Assembly (NCBI RefSeq): GCF_004010195.1
Contig: NC_057751.1
Location: forward strand, 14,950,172-14,983,770
Length of the DNA stretch: 33,599 bases
Direction: 5' to 3'
Source: Chiloscyllium plagiosum
Lineage: Eukaryota
Part shown: piece by piece, positions 23,641-33,599 of the stretch
How positions within the stretch are numbered: position 1 is the stretch's first letter
Layout of the letters: every line of letters begins with the position of its first letter
Notes under the pieces: model-generated
What the model was told of the DNA's origin: nothing
The model's input: the letters and a program-made list of their open reading frames with translations, nothing else
Database searches by the model: none
Made by a program: the position numbers and the translations under genes

Positions 23641-23859
23641 GGGAAGGTGTTGCAGAATTTGAGTGAGTGGAGAGCTTTAAGGTGCTCGATATGGGTAGTC
23701 TTACGTTTCTATGCATTAATATTGATTTTCTGCCTGCAAGGACACAACAAATCAAAGCTGAGGAAAGACCCTTTTAATCTACGAAGACTATGCCTCTTGT
23801 TTTTGTCTCTTTAACAGTACTACATTCCCAACTGTCGTGCTTGTTCAACAATGCTGTGC

Positions 23860-24176
23860 TCCCTCACTCCTCCTCCTCTGATGCAGTACTTCCTCAGTAT
23901 TTCACCTCCAACAGTGCAATATCATCCTCCGTACTGATCATCTGACACTGCAATACTCCCTCATTACTGACCCTCTGAAAGCCCAGAATTCCTTCAGCAC
24001 TGATCCTCCAACAGTGCAGAATTCCTTCATTATTGACCCTCTGACAATGCAGAACTCCCTCAGTGCTGCATTGGCAGTATTAGCCCAGATTTTGTGCTGA
24101 AGTCTCTGAAACGAGGCTTGAATCCTTGACCTCTGTATCAAGGTGAAAGGGGTCCCACTGAGACACTGAGCTGACC
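23860..24176 (-). repeat. Degenerate minisatellite (about six 32-bp units) expanded from a DeuSINE-like element, with the SINE head at about 24080-24176
   Basis: Repeated unit approximating ccctctgacagtgcagaactccctcagtactga. The periodicity is visible in ORF 23938-24141 (REFCIVRGS..KEFCTVGGS..KEFWAFRGS). Confidence 0.75.
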
Positions 24177-25102
24177 AAGTAGAATTGTTTGCCTTTGGTC
24201 CTTTTGGGCTTTAAATTGAGTTCAACTCCTGTTTGGTTAAAAATATCTCTTGTTTTCTCTTGATTCAATGAAAGTTCCCTGCTAAACTTCTGATGGGAAT
24301 TTCTGTCAAGGGAGAAGTGAATTCAAAGAAAGCACAGATAATTAATGTATGCATTTTTCTTGAAGCATGCTGCAACTCCATTAGTGGTCAGCAGTAATCC
24401 ACTGAAGCAGGATTCGATTTCCCTTCCTGTCCTCCTCTTCCTCCTTCCCTCCTCCATTTTCTTATGTTTTGTCTCTGTTCTTTGCTCTGATCTCATTTTC
24501 TACGGGTGAGCAATGGCGAGCAGGGAATGGAGACTGTTAGCCAAATTCTGGGCCAAGGCTTCTTCTCAGGCCACTTCACGAAAGCCTCAGCTCCAGATTT
24601 TAAATCCACAAAAAAGTTGAATGTGTGCAGAATTTCCTGAAAGCCAAAGTCTTCATCAAAATTCCTTGTGAAAACTAATATTGAAATGATTATTTGATGT
24701 CATTCACTCAAACCAGAAGGTTGTAGTTTGTGGGGAGAAAAAGATTGAAACTTGAATGTTTGGCGAACCCTCTGTTAAACGGGCTCCTTTTGTGGCCATT
24801 GGATGCAGGGAGAGGTCATTGTTCTCTGCATGTGTAGTGTTTTTTAATGATAGAATCATAGAGTGAAGGTAAATTTTGAGGCAGGTCACTGGGGATAACA
24901 ATCTCCACAGATGGGTTCTATTTATTTAAAGATTGCTAAATCAAGCAGAATTCTCCCAGATTATGAATTAAAAACAGCATTTCAGTCTGTCTTCTTCAGT
25001 GACCATCCCATAATAGCATTGCATCGGAACAAAAAGTTCCCGAATGGGAGACTGTGGACAGACATGGTGACGAAGCTGGGTAGGGATGTCAGGTATCATT
25101 TG

Positions 25103-25470
25103 TAGAATCAGAGCGTCAGAGACAGATACAGCACGGAAACAGACTCTTCGGTCCAACCCGTCTTCGCCGACCAGATATCCAAACCTATACTAGTCCCATG
25201 TGCCAGCACTTGGCCCACATCCCTCTAAACACTTCCTAATCATACACCCATCCAGTTGCCTTTTAAATGCTGTAATTGTACCAGCCTCCTCCACTTCCTT
25301 TGGCAGCTTATTCCATACACGCACCACCCTCTGCATGAAAAAGTTGCCCCTTAGGTCCCTTTTAAATCTTACCCCTCTCACCCTAAACCTATGCTGTCCA
25401 GTTCGGGATTCCCCTACCCCAGGGAAAAGACCTTGTCTGTTTATCCTATCTATGCCTCTCATGATTTTGA
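25103..25470 (-). mobile_element. CR1 3' end
   Basis: ORF 25190-25489 contains KIMRGIDR..RGNFFMQRVVRVWNKLP. Confidence 0.9.
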
Positions 25471-25956
25471 TCCATGCCCCCACTGACATCCCCTCTCATC
25501 ACAGCTCACTCTCCTTACCAGGTTATACTTGGGGAAATAACTTCACTCTTTGTGAATAATTCTAGGAAATTGGACTTTTAAAAAATATTGTGCATGGAAT
25601 TCAGATTTCAGTGATCAGATCAGAATAACAGTGCAAAATATTATATCAATGCCAGCTCCTTTGTTCATGTTTTCCTTTAATTCCATTCCCCACAGCACTG
25701 TAAATTCTTTGACTTGAAATATTTGCCTCATTTCCCTTTCGAATGTTGCAGTCATATCTGCTTCTATGATGCTTTCTTGCAATTTATTCCAGATGTGCTT
25801 AAATCAAAAAGCCTAATTTTCTTTCCAGTTTTTTTTATAGAGTCATGGAGTCCTACAGCACGTAGACAGGCCCTTTGGCCCAAACTGTTCCATGCCGACC
25901 AAAAGGTCCATCCAAGCCAACCCCATTTCCCTGCACTTGGCCCATCTTCTCATCAG

Positions 25957-26169
25957 GGAGGAGAAAGTGAGGGCTGCAGATGCTGGAGATCAGAGCTGAA
26001 AATGTGTTGCTGGAAAAGTGCAGCAGGTCAGGCAGCATCCAAGGAACAGGAAAATCGACGTTTCGGGCATAAGCCCTTCCTGAAGAAGGGCTTATGCCTG
26101 AAACGTCGATTCTCCTGTTCCTTGGATGCTGTCCGACCTGCTGCGCTTTTCCAGCAACACATTTTCAGC
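25957..26169. mobile_element. Palindromic PLE-derived element, family A, copy 2, inserted in a CR1 3' end
   Basis: TSD (gc)ccatcttctcatcag at 25940-25956 and 26168-26184. Same GAGAAAGTGAGGGCTGCAGATG tail and same ...TTTTCAGC end as copy 1, with longer inverted arms. Confidence 0.88.
26080..26107 (+). ncRNA. Minimal hammerhead ribozyme motif, intact core, sense to IKBKB
   Basis: CTGAAGA-a-GGGC-ttat-GCCT-GAAAC-GTC, with a G-U pair at the base of stem II. Confidence 0.7.
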
Positions 26170-27329
26170 CCATCTTCTCATCAGCCTTTCCTATCCATGC
26201 ATTTCTCCAAATGCCTTTGAAATGTTGTTTATGTCTCAGCCTCCACCACTTCCACTGGCAGCTTATTCCATATGCGTACCACCCTCTGTATAAAAATGTT
26301 GCCTCTCAAGTTCCCTTTTATTCTTTCCCCTCTCGCCTTAAACTAATGACCTGTAGTCCTTGATTCCCCAATCCTGGGAAAAAGACTGAGTGGTTCACTC
26401 TATCATGCCTCTCATAGTCTTAGACGCCTCCATAAGGTCCCACCTCAGTCTCCTTTGCTCTAAAGAAAAAGTCCTAGCTTGTCCAACCTCTCTCTCTGTG
26501 ACTCAGACCCTTGAATCCAGGCAATATCCTTGTAAATTTCTTCTGCACTCTTTTCCAGTTTAATAACATCCTTCATAAGTATGGCCGCACCAACGACCTA
26601 TATAACTTCAACATAACTTCTCAACTTCTATTCTCAGTGCCCTGACTGATGAGGGCCAGTGTGCCAAAAGCCTTCTTCACGGGCCTGTCTACCTGTGACT
26701 CCAATTTCAGAGAACTGTGAACCTGAACTCCAAGATCCCTCTGTTCCACTACACTCCTTAAGGCCCTCCCATCCACCATGAAACTCTTACCTTGATTTGA
26801 CTTTCCAAAATGCAAGACTTCACGCTTATCCATATTAAACTCCATTTGCCATTTCTTGCCCACTTCCCCAGCTGGTCAAGGTCCTGATGCAATTTCCGAT
26901 AACCTTCCTCATTATGCACTATGCTGCCTATTTTAGTGTCATCAGCAAACTGACTAACCATGCTTTGTACATTCTCATCCAAATCATTGATATAGATGAC
27001 AAACAGTAATGAGCCCAGTACCGGCCCCTGAGGCACCCCACTAGTCGCAGGCCTTCAGTCTGACAAACATCCTTCCACTATTACCCTCTGCTTCCTCCCG
27101 GCAAGCCAAATGTGTATCCAATTTTCCAGCTCCCCCTGGAATCTCTGTGATCTAACCTTCCAGAGCAGCCTACCATGTGGAACTTTATCAAAGGCCTTAA
27201 TGAAATCCATATAGTCTGTCTACTGCCCTGCCCTCGTCAACCTTCCTGGTCACTTCATCAAACAACTACAACAAATTTGTGAGGCATGATCTCCCATGTA
27301 CAAATCCATGCTGGCTACTCTTAAGCAAA

Positions 27330-27437
27330 GCTGAAAATGTGTTGCTGGAAAAGCACAGCAGGTCAGGCAGCATCCAAGGAACAGGCGAATCGACGTTTCG
27401 GGCATAAGCCCTTCTTCAGGAATGAGGAAAGTGTGTC
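27330..27437 (-). mobile_element. Monomeric (single-arm) family A PLE-derived element inside a CR1
   Basis: Matches one arm of copies 1 and 2. 12-bp TSD with one mismatch, ctcttaa(g/a)caaa, at 27318-27329 and 27438-27449. Confidence 0.85.
27392..27419 (-). ncRNA. Minimal hammerhead ribozyme motif, intact core, antisense to IKBKB
   Basis: Minus strand reads attc-CTGAAGA-a-GGGC-ttat-GCCC-GAAAC-GTC-gatt. Confidence 0.75.
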
Positions 27438-28369
27438 CTCTTAAACAAACCCTGTCTTTCCAAATCATGTCCATCTTATCTTATCGGAATCTTTTCGAGT
27501 AACTTACCACCACAGGTGTTAGGCTTACTGGTCTATAGTTCCCAGGTTTTTCTTTGCAGCCCTTCTGAAATAAGGGCACAATATTCGCTACCCTCCGGTC
27601 TTCCGGGACCTCGCCTGTGGCTAACGATGCAAAAATATCATCCAGGGCCCCCACTTCTCTCGCTTCTTGCAGTGTTCTTGAGTATATCTCATCAGGACCA
27701 GGTGATTTATCCACTTTCATACATTCTAATACATCCAACACCATCTCAAATGTGATATGGACTGTCCCCAAGATATTGCCACTAATTTCCCCAAGTTCCC
27801 AAGTCTTCATGTCTTTCACCTTGGTAAACACAGAGGAGAAATATTCCTTGAGAACCTCACTCATCACCTACAGTTTGACAAATACATGTCCACTTTGGTC
27901 CTTGAGGGGTCCTATTCTTTCCCTGTTTTTTCTTTACCTTTACTATACTGAAAGAACCTCTTTGGATTCATCCTAATCTTTTCAACCAAGGCTATCTGGT
28001 GTCCCCTTTACACCATCCTGATATCCTCCTTCTGTAAATTCATGTATTCCCTTGATCCCAGCTGCCTGTACCTGATCCACGCCTCCTTTTTCTGGTCAAA
28101 GCCTCAATATCGTTTTTCATCCAGGGTTCCCAATTCCTGCCAACCTTGCCTTTGACCGTCACAGGAACAGACAGGCATTTAACTTTAGCCATCTCTCTTT
28201 TAAATGCCTCCCACTTGCCAGAGATCCCTTTGCCTGCAAACAAACTACTCCAATCAATCCCTGTAAGCTGCTGTCTAATTCCATCAAAATTTGCCAATAA
28301 CTTTAAATTTGGATTCTTTGCTTATCACTGAAAACAGTTTCTATTTATTTATTTGTCAGAATCAATTAT

Positions 28370-29035
28370 CAGTCCTTGAACGGCCTCTTAACTATCCCTG
28401 CTCTAAGGAGATAAATTCTAGTTTCTCTTGTGTTTCACACAGCTTCATTTCTGATGGAATTTGGTAAATCTCCTCTGCATTCTTTCCAACGCCTTGTCTC
28501 CTTCAAGCGTGGTGCCCAAAAATGAGACAGTACTCCAGCTGGCCCCAAACTGATATTTTATAAGTCTTTACTCTGTCCTTGCTTTTGTCCTTTATGCATC
28601 TATTGATGAAGAAAAGGATCCCAGACTTCTCAACTTGTCTTGCTACCTTCAAAGATTGTGTGCTTACGTCTCCAGGTCTCTCTTTGCTTTCAAAATTGCA
28701 CCATATAAATTACGTTGCCTCTAAAATGGATCACTTCACACTTTTCTGCAGTCACATCATCCACTATCTGTCTGCCCATTTCACCAATCTGTCAACATAG
28801 TCTGCCACGACCACCTTCACTAAATACTGCATTTTCAGTTTTCATATCAGTTGCAAACTTTGAAGCAATGTCATGAAAACCTAAGTCTAGGTCATGAATA
28901 TAAATCAAAAAGAGCTGAACCCGGCGGAGCAACAATTAATACTTCTCTCCAGTCTGAATGAACCAGTCACAAGTACTGTCTGTCCCTTAGTCAATTTTGC
29001 AGCTGGACAGCGACTATCCCTTTAATCCATTAATG
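28370..29035 (-). mobile_element. Old degenerate CR1 fragment ending just upstream of the IKBKB acceptor
   Basis: Remnants such as cagtactccagctgg, tttcatatcagttgcaaactt and tcatgaatataaat match CR1 RT on the minus strand. Confidence 0.6.
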
Positions 29036-29074
29036 AGCTTGTTATTTGAGTATTTTTTGGTATTTTATTTTTAG

Positions 29075-29170
<96 letters not shown>

Positions 29171-29469
29171 TGAGGGCCCTGTCACCTGACCCTTCATCTT
29201 GGCTTGACACAGAGTGAGGGATCTGCCACTTATGTCCTGTGGATTGATCCAAGGATGATCACATATCCTTTCCCTGGTGCTCTTAGCTGATGACTTTTTA
29301 ATGTAAGAGGCTCGGGATGAAGGAGTTGGAGGGAGGTGAGATGTGGTGGTGGTATTGGAGAAAGGACTTGTAATTTGAGGTGTAACAACAAGACCCATTG
29401 TGAAATGTGCAAGGCGAAGACCTTGTAGGATTAAAGAAACTTAAAGTTTCAGTCTTATGAGTTTGGACA

Positions 29470-30032
29470 TCTCAAAGCACTTTGCGTTCGGTTACATTCT
29501 CTTGAGCTACATGGAGAAAACACAATAATTTTGCAAAACTCCCACAAACACACAATGTGGGAAGTAATCTGTTTTTATGATGTTTTTTGAAAGATAAATA
29601 CTGGCTAGAAACTATCACCGCCTGTGTCAGAGATGACAATGCAAGTTTTCCTCATGATGCTTCATCTCCCATTCAGCTCCTGCCACCCTCATCCCAATCA
29701 AAAAATTGCTAACCCTCTCATTTGAACAGTATGACTTCAGAAAAGAGGCACATTGTAACCTGAAGAATCCTGTGTCATTGGATGCCAAAGATAACTGCCC
29801 TGCTGTCTTCTTTAAAATAGTGGTTTCAAATCTTTTATGCCTGCCTGAAAAGGCATAAAACTCGCTGGTTTAAAGTCTCACCAGAAAGATGGTACTTCAG
29901 ACACGATTCTGCTCCTTCAGTCCTGCATTGCAGTGTCAGCTCAGAGTTTGGTGCTGAAGTCGTAGAGTGGGTCTTGAACCCAAAATGTCTGACTGAGAGG
30001 CAAGAATGCTACCCACTGAGCCACAGCTGACA
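29470..30032 (-). mobile_element. SacSINE1/DeuSINE-like SINE, degenerate and interrupted
   Basis: Minus-strand tRNA-like head tgtcagctgtggctcagtgggtagc...gggttcaagacccac followed by Deu-domain-like sequence. Family assignment is from recall. Confidence 0.65.
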
Positions 30033-30432
30033 ACTCAGAGGCAAAAGCTGGCTGGAGACAAGGAGATGGTATCAAGTCTGAAAGGAGAGGCATATTGCCA
30101 AGCTGCGGAACATAATCAGGTGTTGGAAGGGATAAAATGTTGAAAGAGAAAAGCCACTTTGAGTGACACCTTTCTGCAGATGTGACTGCAGTGGTGAGAC
30201 TGTAGCTTTTGAATATGTGCTAGTATTGTTCATGAGAAGGATGTATCTCTCTCTCTCTCTCTCTCGATTCCCAAGGGTGAGAGTATGATTCTCGAAGGGG
30301 CTGAATGCCAGACTAAATCTGCAAAACCATTCATCTCCCCACATTATGTCTGATTATCCAGAAGCTTCTGTGTGACTTACTCCTGATAACATAGCTGCAA
30401 GGGAGAACCAGTGACAGAGAAAAACACGTTTT

Positions 30433-30553
30433 ATCAGAGTTCTGAGGAAGGATCACTGGACCCGAAGTATTAACTCTGATTTCTCTTCTCAGGTGCTACC
30501 AGATCTGCTGAGCTTTTCCAGCAATTTTGTTTTTGTTTCTGATTTCCAGCATT
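30433..30553 (+). mobile_element. Degenerate hammerhead-bearing PLE-derived fragment, further family
   Basis: atcagagtt-CTGAGGA-a-GGATC-actg-GACCC-GAAg-tatt-aactctgat, with a perfect 9-bp stem I, followed by the family-typical ctgctgagcttttccagca tail. Confidence 0.62.
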
Positions 30554-31106
30554 TTACACATGTTATCATTCTCCCTCTCCAATTTTGGAAGCTTGGCATG
30601 CATTAGTTTGAGCAGTGGAAATCTCTGGCGTCAATGCAGAGAGTCTGTCCCATCTGTGCTTACCATGTTGTGATCAAATCTAAACATGCCGTGTTCCACA
30701 CACAAAGCAGGAAATTAGTTCTTCAAATTGCACAATGTCCAAACCACACTGTCTATAAACCATCACAGCTTGTTTAGATATTCTTTCCCTGAATAAACTG
30801 CCACTTTTGGCCTTCCTGTGTCAAGTTTACTTGACTTGGAGGTTTCTTTTTGCAATCATTTGAAATATTGCTCCTTGAGGACCAGCAGACGACCCTTTGG
30901 AAAACCTATGTATTGTTGATTTCGGTAACTGTTAAACGGCAGCAAGATTGGTATGTGGGTCAGACATTAAGGTATCAACAGCTATCTTGATCCCCTCACT
31001 CTTATCTCTCTTCCAGCTCCTGTTGTCACCCGTGGACGCTCCATTTCCACCTTCAACCACAATTGTCAACACTTCTGCATCAAGGATGCAAATTGGGAAA
31101 GGAGGC

Positions 31107-31338
31107 TGTTGCAATTGTATGGAGTTCAGCTAGGTGGATCTCATTAGAATCTGAGTTCCCTGATAGGGGCTGTTAATCTGGTCCAATCAGGGACCCCTCT
31201 GACAGATATAAACAGGAGTGTCAGACTGCTTGTTCACTCTGAGAACTGGCTCTGAGGGAGATGGATCAGTGTCAAGGATGCTCCATGCCTAAATAAATGA
31301 CTTAGTGATGGGATACTGGCCCCTGTGGAGTTAGTTCA
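31107..31338 (+). mobile_element. Solo LTR (232 bp), sense to IKBKB
   Basis: TG...CA termini and perfect 5-bp TSD GAGGC (31102-31106 and 31339-31343). CCAAT at 31183, TATAAA at 31207 and AATAAA at 31292 occur in LTR order. Confidence 0.8.
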
Positions 31339-31604
31339 GAGGCACTGTCTTAACCACAAACATTCTGCACTATTGGGAGAAATGCACATGAAATATTCTG
31401 AGTTCAGGGCCTGGCACAGAAGTGTCAACAAATTGGAGTTGAATTCTAGACTAGAACCTCAAAGCCAACGTTGGTCGCCACCTCTTGCCTTAGCAAGGAT
31501 GGGGAGAAATGTTGGTCATGAATTTCAGAGTACAGTCACCTCCACAATACTTGCCCAGATCAGCTGGCTCAGTTTTAGTTCCCCTAACTACAAAAGTCTT
31601 CATT

Positions 31605-32752
31605 TAGAACATAGAACAGTACAACACAGAACAGGCCCTTCAGCCCACGATGTTGTGCTGACCATTGATCCTCATGTAAGGTAAACCTAATGTATGAACC
31701 CTCAAATTTCTGTGACCATATGCATGTCCAGCAGTCTCTTAAATATCCCCAATGACCTCGCGTCCACAACTGCTGCTGGCAACGCATTCCATACTCCCAC
31801 AACTCTCTGCATAAAGAACCCACCTCTGACATCCCGTCTATACTTTCCGCCAAACAGCTTAAAACTATGACCCCTCGTGTTAATAATTTCTGCCCTGGGA
31901 AAAAGTCTCTGCTATCAACTCTATCTATGCCTCTCATTATCTTGTCTACCTCAATTAGGTCCCCTCTCTTCCTTCTTTTTTCCAATGAAAAAAGTCCAAG
32001 CTCAGTCAACCTCTCTTTGTAAGATAAGCCCTCCAGTCCAGGCAGCATCCTGGTAAACCTCCTCTGAACCCTCTCCAAAGCATCCACATCTTGCCTATAA
32101 TAGGGCGACCAGAACTGGACACAGTATTCCAAGTGCGGTCTAACCAAAGTTTTATAGAGCTGCAACAAGATCTCACGACTCTTAAACTCAATCCCCCTGT
32201 TAATGAAAGCCAAAACACCATATGTTTTCTTAACAACCCTGTCCACTTGGGTGGCCATTTTAAGGGATGTATGCACCTGCACACCAAGATTCCGCTGTTC
32301 CTCCACACTGGCAAGAATCCTATCCTTAATCCTGCACTCAACTTTCAAGTTCGACCTTCCAAAATGCATCACTTCGCATTTATCCAGGTTGAACTCCATC
32401 TGCCACCTCTCAGCCCATCTCTGTATCCAATTAATGTCACGCTGCAGCCTACAACAGTCCTCTATACTGTCAATGACACCTCCAACCTTTGTGTCATCTG
32501 CAAACTTGCTGACCCATCCTTCAATCCCCTCATCCAAGTCATTAATAAAAATTACAGAGTAGAGGCCCAAGGACAGAGCCCTGTGGAACACCACTCACCA
32601 AAGACTTCCAGGCAGATAACTTTCCTTCCACAACTGTCTTCTGTCGACCAGCCAGTTCTGTATCCACACAGCGAAATTTCCCTGTGTCCCATTCCTCCTG
32701 ACCTTCTGAACGAACCTACCATGGGGAACCTTATCAAATGACTTGCTGAAGT
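31605..32752 (-). mobile_element. Young 5'-truncated CR1 LINE (RT C-terminus and 3' UTR)
   Basis: ORF 31584-32594 has IFINDLDEG..SKFADDTK, WQMEFNLDKCEVMHFG, LYKTLVRPHLEYCVQFWSP and LERVQRRFTR. Frameshifts occur at both ends, and the 3' tail is ttctatgttcta. Confidence 0.95.
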
Positions 32753-32910
32753 AATTTAGTGAAAAAAAAATTGCTCTCTCTGGGGCATTAGGTCCAGGAC
32801 ATTCGACCTTTACATTATATATGTAAAGAAGTGATTAGCTGGTGCTGACACCTCCCTCCCTTTTATCTTTTCTTTTATTCCTGCTGCAGATCCTTAACAA
32901 CAATGGTGAT

Positions 32911-33599
32911 TCAAAGTTTGTGAGAAGATTTGTAGCTCGGGTGCTAGTTGTTGTGGTTCTGTTCGCCGAGCTGGGAATTTGTGTTGCAGACATTTCATCC
33001 CCTGTCGAGGTGACATCCTCAGTGCTTGGGAGCCTCCTGTGAGGCGCCTTTGTGATGTTTCCTAGTGATTTGTGATTATAGTGATTTGTACCTGCTGCTT
33101 CCGGTTGTCAGTTCCAGCTGTCCGCTGCACTGGCCGGTATATTGGGTCCAGGTCGTTGTGCTTATTGATTGAATCTGTGGATGAGTGCCATGCTTCTAGG
33201 AATTCGACTGGCTGTTCTCTGGCTTGTCCTATAATAGTAGCGTTGTCCCAGTCGAACTCATGTTGCTTGTCATCTGAGTGTGTGGCTACTAAGGATGGCT
33301 GGTCATGTCGTTTCGTGGCTCGTTGGTGTCCAGGGATGCGGATCGTTAGCTGTCTTCCTGTTTGTCCTATGTAGTGTTTTGTGCAGTCCTTGCATGGGAT
33401 TTTGTACACTACATTGGTTTTGCTCATGCTGGGTATCGGGTCCTTCGTCCTGGTGAGTTGTTGTCTGAGAGTGGCAGTTGGTTTGTGTGCTGTTATGAGT
33501 CCCAGTGGTCGCAGTAGTCTGGCTATCAGTTCAGAAATGTTTTTGATGTATGGTAGTGTGGCTAGTCCTTTGGGTTGCAGCATGTCCTCGTTCCGTTGT
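32911..33599 (-). mobile_element. 3' end of a Penelope-like retroelement with GIY-YIG endonuclease ORF (33062-33583); continues beyond the window
   Basis: The ORF contains TLPYI, NVVYKIPCKDCTKHYIGQTGR, H...H.FDWDN..II and FLEAWHS, which are typical PLE linker and GIY-YIG motifs. The 3' non-coding part carries a hammerhead-like motif. Confidence 0.92.
32986..33025 (-). ncRNA. Minimal hammerhead ribozyme motif in the PLE 3' region (CpG-decayed)
   Basis: Minus strand reads gca-CTGAGGA-t-GTCaCCT-cgac-AGGgGAT-GAAAT-GTC-tgc. Stem I is gca/tgc and the triplet is GUC; GAAAC appears mutated to GAAAT. Confidence 0.75.

Larger units (their letters stand above)
25837..28297 (-). mobile_element. CR1 LINE fragment of about 2.1 kb, disrupted and hosting two family A inserts
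   Basis: ORF pieces include KSPGPDEIY, PGNYRPVSLT, PQGPVLGSLLFVIYINDLD and QFADDTK. Confidence 0.95.
21715..29074 (+). other. IKBKB: IKBKB intron (7360 nt, GT-AG, phase 0)
   Basis: Bounded by GTAGTG and TTTTAG between the two in-frame coding exons. Confidence 0.9.

Noticed and set aside
23860..24075. CRISPR-like array
   Set aside because: The units are contiguous and degenerate with no unique spacers, and the context is eukaryotic.
24295..24304. kB-like site GGGAATTTCT in the intron as an NF-kB feedback element
   Set aside because: It is an isolated imperfect match, expected by chance in 33 kb.
21630..27474. Recurrent small ORFs sharing MPETSILLFLGCCLTCCAFPATHFQ or MLPDLLRFSSNTFSA as a peptide family
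   Set aside because: They are chance translations of the family A palindromic element on either strand.
31584..32594. Longest ORF (336 aa) as a host gene or active reverse transcriptase
   Set aside because: It is the C-terminal part of CR1 ORF2 in a 5'-truncated, frameshifted copy with no endonuclease or RT N-terminus.
32091..32741. 216-aa plus-strand ORF and similar antisense ORFs over CR1 copies
   Set aside because: These are shadow frames antisense to CR1 RT sequence with no independent coding signal.

Overview
This is vertebrate genomic DNA, most likely a shark: it contains an HE1-type V-SINE, a SacSINE1/DeuSINE-like element and dense CR1 LINE debris. The only host coding sequence I can support is two short + strand exons of IKBKB (IKK-beta), both missed by the ORF track: 21610-21714 ([35 protein letters not shown]) and 29075-29169 ([32 protein letters not shown]). 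The rest is intronic or upstream sequence made up of CR1 fragments, SINEs, two solo-LTR-like inserts and the 3' end of a Penelope-like element (PLE) encoding a GIY-YIG endonuclease. The main hidden signal is a set of about 11 minimal hammerhead-ribozyme-like motifs (CTGAnGA-stem II-GAAA-palindrome-UH) from at least four sequence families. Most sit in short non-coding, often palindromic PLE-derived inserts with target-site duplications and a 33-36 nt asymmetric tail. One with an intact core lies in a 71-bp hairpin inserted 20 nt after the first coding-exon donor of IKBKB. Other notable items are a near-perfect 156-bp templated inverted duplication, an out-of-frame uORF overlapping the IKBKB start, and a sense solo LTR that could supply an alternative last exon. 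Repeat boundaries were read by eye and are approximate unless a TSD is quoted. No database searches were run.
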